From Eledone cirrhosa (Eukaryota): a DNA stretch of 64,000 bases. Where the stretch lies: positions 429,288,001 to 429,352,000 of the forward strand of contig OZ024740.1 in assembly GCA_964016885.1 (NCBI GenBank). Reading direction: 5' to 3'. Positions 11,931 to 21,627 of this stretch are shown piece by piece; within the stretch, counting starts at the first letter, position 1; each line of letters starts with the position of its first letter. The position numbers and the translations under genes are program-made. Under the pieces are notes generated by a model. The model did no database searches, had not been told where the DNA came from, and saw nothing but the letters and a program-made list of their open reading frames with translations.

Positions 11931-12188
11931 ACTACAGAGGCGGCGGATCCTGAGGAGTTGGGAGTAGGGAATAGTGTTTAGTGTGTGTCGGGTGGGAAGA
12001 GGTGAAGTCGAGGTAAGAGTGGGAGTCGGTGGGTTTGAAGAAGGCGGAGGTGACGAGGGAGTGGTGGGAGGGTCGAAACCGACGGAGATGTCTAAGAAGT
12101 GGACGTGAGTGGTGGAGATAGAGGTGGTGAAGTGGATGGGGGGGTGGAAGGAGCAGAAGAAGGAGAGAAAGGAGTCGAGCTGTTCTCG
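11931..12188 (-). pseudogene. Penelope-like element reverse transcriptase C-terminal/thumb fragment (frameshifted)
   Basis: Joining two frames gives EQLDSFLSFFCSFHPPIHFTTSISTTHVHFLDISV / LVTSAFFKPTDSHSYLDFTSSHPTHTK / TIPYSQLLRIRRLCS. These are the hallmark PLE motifs FLD, KPTD.HSYL, S.HP, IPYSQ.LR.RR.CS. Confidence 0.9.
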
Positions 12189-12227
12189 GATATATATATA
12201 TACACACACACACACGCACACACTTAC

Positions 12228-12513
12228 TATGTATTTTGCAAATTTTTTTATCTGAAATCTTGTGTTGAAATAGATATTGTTATATTTTGGGAGGTCATGC
12301 TGGCAATAGAAAGCACACACGCACTTGAAGGATTTCACTATAATTTATTATCATAATTTCCTAGTTTAGTTGTTGATTATCATCAAAGATCTTTCGTCAC
12401 ACATTTTGTTACTTCATCAGTGACTACTTTTATTGTTATTTTGTGTCGCTCCTTTGTTCTGTCTTAGAACAAGATGGTGACGAAAGAGCTTTGATGACAA
12501 TCACCAACTAAAC
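12228..12513 (-). mobile_element. PLE pLTR fragment with degenerate hammerhead (~12382-12424) and a short inverted copy
   Basis: Homologous to 18842-19108. Minus strand reads UCA-CUGAUGA-aGUAAC..GUGAC-GAAA-GAUC-UU-UGA. Positions ~12477-12513 are an inverted copy of ~12364-12400. Confidence 0.7.
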
Positions 12514-12671
12514 AACCATCAGATTATTAAACTAACTGACTGGGAAATTATAATAATAAATTGAAGTGAAATCTAACAAGTGTGTATTTCTTTCATTGGC
12601 AGTATAACCCTCCCAAAGTATAACAATATATATATATTTGTGCGTGTGAGTGTGTATAAATATATATATAA

Positions 12672-12749
<78 letters not shown>

Positions 12750-12802
12750 GAATAGAATGAAATGAAATTTCATTTCTCACTCTTAGTACGGCACTTACTT
12801 AG

Positions 12803-12856
12803 ATGTAAGTATGTACGTATATGTACATACATATATGCATACAGACGTACAGTAGC

Positions 12857-12895
<39 letters not shown>

Positions 12896-13257
12896 CAGGC
12901 ACACATATATATATCTACGTATCAGTTTAGCGAACATTTATTATAATGCTCGCTTCGTCCGTTTGTAAACAAACGGACAGCCTGATTTATGCCGTACGGT
13001 GTTAAGGCAACCACGTCACCTTTTTGTTCAACACTGACACAGGAACGATGTACTAGTTTCAAGCTTGTTAGCTATCGTCAGCACCGTATACCCTTCTGCC
13101 AGATGGTTGAACTTTCGAAAGTATATACTTTCCTTATGAAAATTAACGGCTGAGCAGCCTAATTTGCATATCGAGTGAGTTCAGACAAAGCGAGCATTAT
13201 AATAAATGTTCGCTAAACTGATACGTACATATATATATATATATATATGTGTGCCTG

Positions 13258-13325
<68 letters not shown>

Positions 13326-13380
13326 AGCTACTGTACGTCTGTATGCATATATGTATGTACGTATACATACATACTTACAT
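12803..13380. repeat. Long inverted repeat (arms include TA tracts) enclosing a ~220-bp unique core with a hammerhead
   Basis: TACGTATCAGTTTAGCGAACATTTATTATAATGCTCGCTT mirrors AAGCGAGCATTATAATAAATGTTCGCTAAACTGATACGTA. Outer arms ATGCATACAGACGTACAGTAGC / GCTACTGTACGTCTGTATGCAT. Confidence 0.9.
13045..13087 (-). ncRNA. Minimal Type I hammerhead ribozyme
   Basis: ACGGUG-CUGACGA-uAGCUaacaAGCUu-GAAA-CUAG-UA-CAUCGU. Stem III is the palindrome ACUAGU and stem II is closed by U.U. Confidence 0.7.
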
Positions 13381-13549
13381 ATATATATATATAGATATAT
13401 ATAGATATTAGAAAGTGAGGTTTTTTTACAAAATGAAAAATAAACGAGGTGTCCTACACGAGTGAAAGTATAAAGAAAAAAAGATGAAATCGAAAATGCA
13501 GCTGGAGTCTTATTTTTTTAAAAATATATATATTTATTTGGTTCCTTTA

Positions 13550-13585
13550 CTTTTGAAAAGCAGAAGAACTGCGAAACCGGTAAAG
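13550..13585 (+). ncRNA. Minimal Type I hammerhead, U3-A8 variant (same family as 16713-16750), in a short fold-back
   Basis: CUU-UUGAAAA-GCAGaagaaCUGC-GAAA-CCGG-UA-AAG. Confidence 0.65.
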
Positions 13586-14112
13586 GAACCAAATAAATAT
13601 ATATATATATTTTTTAAATAAGACTCCAGTTGATATATATATATATATATATATATATTATTTCAAGCATCATATCGAATCTGAAGCTGCAATGAGGTGG
13701 TCGCTAAGCGCTCACTGATGCGAGAAATGATTTAAATCCTCCATTCCGATTCCGCCGTCAGAGTGAACATATTAAGTTATACGAGAGAAATAGCATGAAC
13801 AATATATAGACCAAGGGTATACATCTATAGTATATAACAACGACGACGAATACCATATTGGAAAAGAATTATATATACATGGTGATTCAAAAAATGCAGA
13901 TATATTTTGATTACCTGTACAGACAATATTTCTTAGAAGGAGGAACCGCTTCAAAAGTGGCCCCTCGTCAGGCGAGCTGAGACGAGAAACGAAAAGAAAC
14001 CTCTTTAGTCGTCTATATTTGGTTTTAAACTATGAATATATATATATTTATTTAATATAGAAATGGCTTCTACGGGACGAGAATAGTTTCATTCGGTTCT
14101 AGTCCTTGTCAA

Positions 14113-14320
14113 GGCGCGTGGCTTAGTGATTAGAGCATTGGGCTTGCAATCGAAAGGCTGTGAGTTCAATTCTCGGTCCCGGTGATGTGTTGTTTCCTTG
14201 AGCAAGACACTTTATTTCACGTTGCTCCAGTTTACTCAGATGTAGAAATGATATGATAGGGACTGGGGTCCTTATAATTAAATCACCCAAAACACCTCCA
14301 ACGAGATATACCTTGGAGGA
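14113..14320 (+). mobile_element. tRNA-derived SINE family B (CORE-like), copy 1
   Basis: A box TGGCTTAGTGATT, B box GAGTTCAATTC, CORE-like CCTTGAGCAAGACACTT. A second copy is at 29463. Confidence 0.85.
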
Positions 14321-14438
14321 GGCCAGCTAAACGTGCATAGGTGTGAGCTGTCACACACTCACACACACAGTCCTTTAGAAGCTATGTATTGAGTACCTTA
14401 CTTACTGTGGTTACGCCTGATTGAACCCGGGATAAACT

Positions 14439-14476
<38 letters not shown>

Positions 14477-14534
14477 CGTGTGTGTAGTTGATAGCTGGAG
14501 GCAAGAGTACTCAATGCCGAAGTAGAGTTTTAAA

Positions 14535-14648
14535 ATTCATTTTATTATGGCTGGTCTTCTTATTCAAGAGTTTTGCCTGTTTATCACAGGATTTAAACAG
14601 ACGAAACTCCAGAGTAATAAGACTCACTATTTAGCCATAATAAAATGA

Positions 14649-14650
<2 letters not shown>
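14535..14650. repeat. Imperfect fold-back containing the 3' half of a hammerhead (GAAA-CUCCAGAG-UA)
   Basis: Paired arms ATTCATTTTTATTATGGCT / AGCCATAATAAAATGAAT, CTTATT/AATAAG and CTGTTTA/TAAACAG. Confidence 0.7.
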
Positions 14651-14707
<57 letters not shown>

Positions 14708-14820
14708 TATTCATCACCCCACCCCCACTCTCAAGCGTGAAATTAATAATAACATTTGTACTGCCTCTTTGCTTCCACGTTTTATTATTTCCTTGATTAC
14801 TGTCGCAACTTTAAAATATA

Positions 14821-14907
<87 letters not shown>

Positions 14908-15202
14908 CTCTGATTATTTTCATTTATTAATTCATCATTGAGCCACATCGTGAATGGTTGCCAAAACATATATATCTGTGACTTTGTCGTGTATATGTAA
15001 ATCTTTATATTTAATAATCTCCCATAAGATTGAGATGCAATTTGGGCAATATTGGGCTGCGCTTTCTACCAACCAGCCCACTCGCCGTAAGCAACCAATC
15101 ACATTCTTTCTGACTTGACCACTGCCACGTCACAGTTCTTAGTCATTTTGAATTCGTTTATGGCGGAGATCACTTAAGAAAACCATTTGTCCAAACGAGT
15201 TT

Positions 15203-15282
15203 GTTTCCTGATGAGTTCGAAGCTCGAGATGTTATCCTTAATATGATATTTTCGGATGCGAACGAAACCCGAGGGTAGAAAC
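15203..15282 (+). ncRNA. Type I hammerhead ribozyme with extended stem II
   Basis: GUUUC-CUGAUGA-GUUCG...CGAAC-GAAA-CCCGAGGG-UA-GAAAC. Inner stem II pairs CGAG/UUCG and AUGUUAU/AUGAUAU. Predicted cleavage after 15277. Confidence 0.85.
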
Positions 15283-15572
15283 GTAATCCTGGTATGTGTA
15301 TATGCATTTCTTCTAACTTTAATGTTATACCTAATTGTGTATGGTTGACGGGATTTTTAATCGATTTCCACGTGCTGTTGAAATGTTGGGTAAATATTCT
15401 ATGGTGGTTGGCCGCGAAGAGATTGCTGTCGTTTATTTATCTACTATTTCTTCATAGGTGCCTTTTAATCTTATAGCCTGGTCTAATTGATTTTTTGTGT
15501 AGCTAATTATGCTAATTGGGAGAGGAAATGATGTATATATATTATCAAATGATTCTATGGACATACTTTATA

Positions 15573-15619
<47 letters not shown>

Positions 15620-15749
15620 GATAAATCTACCAAGAGTTTACGGTAGTGTCCAATCCGTATATATATATATTTATATGTTTGCATATATATGAGCACTGTA
15701 CTCTATAATTTCATTATTATTATTATTACTATTATATATATCATTATTA

Positions 15750-15854
15750 AATATAGAAATATGTCTAATACAGGACTAGAACTGTTTCATTTGTATGAAA
15801 TCATCAGGCTTACAAATGAAACAGTTCTAGTCCTGTAGAAGACATTTCTATATT
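15750..15854. repeat. Fold-back element (same family as 16918-17054) with HHR-like CUGAUGA..GAAACAGUU on the minus strand
   Basis: TACAGGACTAGAACTGTTTCATTTGTA mirrors TACAAATGAAACAGTTCTAGTCCTGTA. Confidence 0.8.
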
Positions 15855-15855
15855 A

Positions 15856-16026
15856 AATAATTGTTTCTACTTTTGGCACAAGGCCACCAGTTTCCCAGTA
15901 CATTACTGGTACCTTATTTTATTGACCCCGTATGGCTGAAAGGCAAAGTTAACCTCGGCCGGATTTGAGCTCAGATCGTAAAGGACCGTAACTCTGCTGC
16001 AAAGCATGGCGTCCGATACTGCCAAT
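15856..16026 (-). mobile_element. SINE family A, copy 2
   Basis: Reverse complement of the 4833-5015 family sequence. Confidence 0.85.
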
Positions 16027-16180
16027 CCACCGCCCTATATTTCTATATTAAATAATGATGTTTACACTCTACTGATGTATTGAGTACACTTTCAACCGAG
16101 GTTACCCCCAATTTCACTCGGTATCTACACACACATATATATATACGCATAAACATATATATATATACATATATACATAT

Positions 16181-16272
<92 letters not shown>

Positions 16273-16597
16273 GATTACATACATATATATATGTATATAC
16301 ATATATATATATACACACATATACATGCATATATATATATATATATATAGACACATACATATACATATATACACATACACACACACACATATACATATAT
16401 TTTTATATTTATATATATATATACAGGTTTTTTTTATACACGTTTTTCATACAGCTTTTTATACAGGTTTTTTTTACAAAATGAAAAATAACCGAGGTGT
16501 CCTACACGAGTGAAAGTATAAAGAAAAAGAGATGAAATCGAAAATGCAACTGGAGTCTTATTTTTTTTTTTTTTTAAATATATATATTTATTTGGTT

Positions 16598-16635
16598 CCT
16601 TTACCGGTTTCGCAGTTTTTCTGCTTTTCAAAAGG
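16598..16635 (-). ncRNA. Minimal Type I hammerhead, U3-A8 variant
   Basis: CCUU-UUGAAAA-GCAGaaaaaCUGC-GAAA-CCGG-UA-AAGG on the minus strand. Confidence 0.72.
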
Positions 16636-16712
16636 TGAGTTGAGATGGAGGGTCTGTGGTTTTTCTCACATCTCAACTGTGAGAAAAACGACAGACCCTC
16701 CATCTCAACTCA

Positions 16713-16750
16713 CCTTTTGAAAAGCAGAAGAACTGCGAAACCGGTAAAGG
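16713..16750 (+). ncRNA. Minimal Type I hammerhead, U3-A8 variant
   Basis: CCUU-UUGAAAA-GCAGaagaaCUGC-GAAA-CCGG-UA-AAGG. Stem III is the palindrome ACCGGU. Predicted cleavage after 16746. Confidence 0.75.
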
Positions 16751-16917
16751 AACCAAATAAATATATATATTTTTTTAAAAAATAAGACTCCAGTTGCATT
16801 TTCGATTTCATCTCTTTTTCTTTATATATATATATATATATATATAGGTAAGTTATTCCGGGTTGAATCGGAGGTAACTACAGTAAGTAAGGTACTCAAT
16901 ACATAGCAGAGTATAAA

Positions 16918-17054
16918 AGTTTTAATATAGATGAGATTCTACAGGACTAGAACTATTTCATTCTTTAGAAATTATCAGGAATCATCAGAGATTCCTGATG
17001 ATTTCTAAAAATGAAGCAGTTCTAGTCCTGTAGAATCTCATCTATATTAAAACT
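16918..17054. repeat. Fold-back element with degenerate HHR-like cores
   Basis: AATATAGATGAGATTCTACAGGACTAGAACT mirrors AGTTCTAGTCCTGTAGAATCTCATCTATATT. CTGATGA lies near the axis. Confidence 0.85.
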
Positions 17055-17491
17055 ATATATATATATATATACATATACATATACACACACACACATTCAA
17101 GCTGCGAGAAAATGGTGTATGCGAGAGAAAGAAAGAGGAGAGCAGAGTAAAGATTCCTTCGAAGTAGGAAATATTCAGTCATTATAATTCTTAAGTGTAT
17201 GTGTGTAGTTCCTTTATATCTGCTGTCGAGTAAGACATGATAAACCAGTAGAATAGCAAGCTAGTTGCTTCATCTACGCCCCTACACCAGGTGCTAAATG
17301 AGCAGGTGTGTTGCTAAAGAATTTCCTTCAGACCATTAGATTCAAGTGTTATAATTTTCGAAATAATCTTTCAAAGTGGAGTGCATGCCAGAGGCAGATT
17401 CACAAACAGCTTTATGAATGTTCTGTGTGGTGTCAAAACGAGAAATTCAATACATACTTATGTATGAATTTATATATCTACAGATATTTAA

Positions 17492-17614
<123 letters not shown>

Positions 17615-17755
17615 TATATATATATATTCATTAGTTAAGCAAAACAAGACCACAGACTTCACAAGGAAGACATTATTAAAAGATTGTCAACATATTTTAG
17701 TTTGATGTAAGGAATGTAGAGAATAATAATAATAATATTAATAATAATAATGTCC

Positions 17756-17876
17756 GTTTACAATTGTTTCGCTACTCCATATAATATTTCTGGATCAGAT
17801 GACTATATATCATAATTGATCTGGTTCAGTTGAAAATAATTAACATATTTAAAATAACAGAATGGCTCATCGGAAC
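17756..17876 (-). ncRNA. Degenerate hammerhead (U4C) with long stem II
   Basis: GUU-CCGAUGA-GCCAUUCU...GGAGUAGC-GAAA-CAAUUG-UA-AAC. Confidence 0.45.
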
Positions 17877-18235
17877 TTCAAAGGAATATAAATTAAAATA
17901 ATGGGATAATGTTACATAATATAATGTTCCATATATTGGTTTATACTATGGTGTCTTGGTCGCATCAGCTGTCAGCCATAATCAAGCAGTGTTCATCTGT
18001 CGAGGCTGCATTGTGTGAGATCTGCCTATGGGCAACAAGATGGCTGCCAAAGGGCATATTTACCTTACTAATTAGAGCGTGTTTTCAGGGGAAGTAACTT
18101 CTCAAGAGATTAGAGATTGTGAGTATTTATAGTTAAGTGCTAGTTTTTAAATTTTCCAGCTCTGCGCACCTAACTTCTGCACGAACCCAGCCACCTAGCT
18201 GCTTTCTACTGCATATTGCACATTGAGCATATGCC

Positions 18236-18668
18236 TTTATTTTTATTTCTATGTTCTCTAATTTACCCTTATGTTCTATTTTAGCATGTTGGTAGAGTAC
18301 AGATGATTCTTTACTATCTTGAAGGTCTCGCCAGTGTTCATTTATCCGTTCCCCTACACTACAAGCTGTCTCACCTATGTACACTATATTTTTATCTCTA
18401 CATTGTCCTTCAGTACATCTTATGCTATATACTACATTTCTAGTTTTACAGTTAATATGGTGGCTTAATTTACAGGTTATACATTTCTTATCTATACATG
18501 AGGGTCTTTGGAACGGGTATGTCTTGCTAATAAGTGTTTTTATGGAGGTACCTGGTCGTTCTACTATCTTAATATTGAGTTTATGTTTATCTAGGGCCCT
18601 TCTAAATGTGTAAGCTAGTTCACCTCTAGAGGTTGTATCGATGAACATTACACTCTGGTATTTATTGC
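18236..18668 (-). pseudogene. Second, truncated PLE GIY-YIG endonuclease fragment
   Basis: Diverged copy of ~19435-19868 containing [20 protein letters not shown]. It lacks the C-terminal E/N motifs. Confidence 0.9.
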
Positions 18669-18758
<90 letters not shown>

Positions 18759-18785
18759 TATATATATATACATATATATATATAC

Positions 18786-18841
<56 letters not shown>

Positions 18842-18845
<4 letters not shown>

Positions 18846-20037
18846 TTTCTGAATTTGTTTAGCAAGATTCTTTATCTGAAATCGTGTGTTGAAACCGATA
18901 ATGTTATACTTTGGGAGGGTCATGTTGCCAATAAGTAACACACGCACCAGTTGCTTTCACTTCAATTTATTATATATTTATAAATTTATAAATTTACAAA
19001 TCTACAAACTTATAAATTTCTGGTTGGTTGGTTGGTTCCACAACCAGATAGTTGTTTATATATAGTCATAGTCCTTTCGTCACACACTCTGTGACCTCTT
19101 CAGTGACTGGGGATTCCTTTCTTTGTTTCTGTGCCTTTCCTTTCTTCTGTCCTACGCCATTTTGTTTCTGTGTGTGTGTTGTGTGCTCAGTTTGCGCATG
19201 CGCCACATCCGGGTGTCTGTGTGTGTTTGTGTTCATTTATCTATTTGTTTATTTATTTACACGTTGTTGGTTGGTTGTTTGTTCTATGTGTGTGTGTGTT
19301 TTCATTTTGTCCTTAATTGTAAGTTGTGATGTTGCTGTTCCACTCATATTTTCTATTTAATTTTGGTTGTAATTCTTTTATGCTTACTGCCTCTGTAATT
19401 TGCCTAAACATTGCATCTTTTCTGTGTGTGGATTCTATTTTTATTTCTATGTTCTCTAATTTACCCTTGTGTTCTATCTTAGCATGTTGGTAGAGTACAG
19501 ATGATTCTTTATTATCTTGAAGGTCTCGCCAGTGTTCATTTATCCGTTCCCCTATACTACGAGCTGTCTCACCTATGTACACTATATTTTTGTTTCTACA
19601 TTGTCCTTCAGTACATCTTATGCTATACACTACATTTCTAGTTTTACAGTTAATATGGGGCCTTATTTTACAGGTTATACATTTCTTATCTATACATGAG
19701 GGTCTTTGGAACGGGTATGTCTTGCTAATAAGTGTTTTTACGGGGGTACCTGGTCTTTCTACTATCTTAATATTGAGTTTATGTTTATTTAGGGCCCTTC
19801 TAAATTTGTAGGCTAGTTCGCCTCTAGGGGTTGTATTGATGAACATTACACTCTGGTATTTATTGCTATCATACCATGAGTTTATTCTATTGGCCTTGTT
19901 CCTAGTTCTTTCTATTCTATTCCGTAATTTGCTCCTATACAAGGGGCAGGTCCCATTTATGTCATTATTTAACATTTTTTCCCATTTGGTTCTGGCTGCT
20001 CTATACGCTCTGATTCCAGGTACCTCCGTAAAATCAT
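18842..20037 (-). mobile_element. 5'-truncated Penelope-like element: linker plus GIY-YIG endonuclease (open to the stop at 19313) and 3' pLTR with hammerhead
   Basis: [11 protein letters not shown] linker, [48 protein letters not shown]. Bounded by (TAG)n and (TA)n. Confidence 0.92.
19064..19108 (-). ncRNA. Minimal Type I hammerhead in PLE pLTR
   Basis: AGUCA-CUGAAGA-g-GUCACagaguguGUGAC-GAAA-GGAC-UA-UGACU, about 200 nt after the GIY-YIG stop codon. Confidence 0.78.
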
Positions 20038-20099
<62 letters not shown>

Positions 20100-20237
20100 T
20101 TTGAGACACGTTTTACTGACTTCACAAAACAGTCTAGATGCGATGTTTGGGGATTATTTCTCTGTATGTGAAATGGCAAAGTCGATAGAATGCTTTGCAA
20201 TATTCGTTCCACCATATATATACATATATATATCTCT

Positions 20238-20330
<93 letters not shown>

Positions 20331-20798
20331 CATATATATACATATATATTATATATATATATATAAATATATATCACATATATATATATGTAACGGGTCC
20401 CCCTGTATTTTTGAACGAAACATCCGCTGAGAAAGCAGTTTCCTCGTTCGTCTCTTTACTAGAAGTCAGATATTTTTTTTTTTATGTGGGCTGACAGTAA
20501 TTGATTAAGGAACTGCAGAAACCCAAAAAGCTAGAATTTAACATCCTTCTAGCGGGTCCGGGTGAGTTTTTACATTCATTTAATTTATTAATTTATTAAT
20601 TTATTATTTGAGTGACCCGAATTTTCCTGGTCGTTTTTTTCGGCTGTGCGAATGATTTTAGGCATCGTCTCTATGTGTTGGTATTTTAACGATAGTTATA
20701 GCTCTGGTTTATCCAAACTATTAAGCCCTCTGCCACACATGTCGAAGATTGTTTATTGTTATTTCGTGGTCCGAGATTCTGATTCTCGATTATTTACT

Positions 20799-20869
<71 letters not shown>

Positions 20870-21236
20870 GTATACATATATATCATATATATATACATAT
20901 CTATTACATATATATACATATATATACATATATATACATATATATTACATATATATACATATATATACATATATATACATATATATATTACATGTATATA
21001 CATATATATTAAATATATATACACATATATCACCCGTCATTAATGACGAGTGTTATACTAAAATAACATTTGATTTAGTAATTCCTTCATTACAACATTC
21101 TCTGTAAATATCCATGAATCCTCCATTTTCTTTGACTTTCCCCCTCACGTCACTCAGGCCAATCCTTTATATATGTTTTCACGTTCATTTATATCAATTA
21201 CAATAATCTCTTTCATGTTTTTACCAATCATGTGAA

Positions 21237-21416
21237 TTGGCAGTGTTGGTAGAGGGTCGGATGCCATGCTTTCCAGCATAGTTACGTCCCTTTACGATCT
21301 GAGTTCAAATCCCGCCGAGGTTGACTTTGCCTTTCATCCTTACAGGGTCGATAAAATAAAGTACCAGTAATGCACTGGGTAATTGCTGGCCTTGTGCCTA
21401 AAGTAGAAACAATTAT
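21237..21416 (+). mobile_element. SINE family A, copy 3
   Basis: Matches the family sequence. Confidence 0.85.
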
Positions 21417-21627
21417 CAAACATAAAACTATTGAATTACGATCACTTTGTTGTATTTATTTCCTCACTGCTACTGGGATTCCTGGTTTGTTGCTGCTCGT
21501 CTTCCTATTGTCAGAGCATGGATATATTCAGAAATATTCAAAAATTGATAATAGATGGGTAGGTAGATAGATATAAAGTTAGATAGATAGATAGAGAGAG
21601 AGGGTGGATAGATAGATAAATAGATAT

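Larger units (their letters stand above)
16517..16826. repeat. ~150-bp-arm palindrome with a short spacer, carrying a hammerhead in each arm
   Basis: The arms mirror from TATAAAGAAAAAGAGATG to CATCTCTTTTTCTTTATA. A related shorter copy lies at 13410-13635. Confidence 0.92.

Noticed and set aside
13921-13975. Minus-strand CUGACGA..GAAA hammerhead-like motif
   Set aside because: There is a 9-nt insertion before GAAA and stem I does not pair.
14113-14190. tRNA gene
   Set aside because: A/B boxes are present, but no convincing cloverleaf forms and the sequence continues into a SINE body.
15780-15812. Functional HHR call for the CUGAUGA..GAAACAGUUC family (also ~16995)
   Set aside because: I could not form stem I, so it is kept only as a fold-back repeat.
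20038-20215. N-terminus of the 300-aa GIY-YIG ORF
   Set aside because: Poly-Thr from the (TAG)n microsatellite plus flanking DNA in frame by chance. Not part of the PLE protein.
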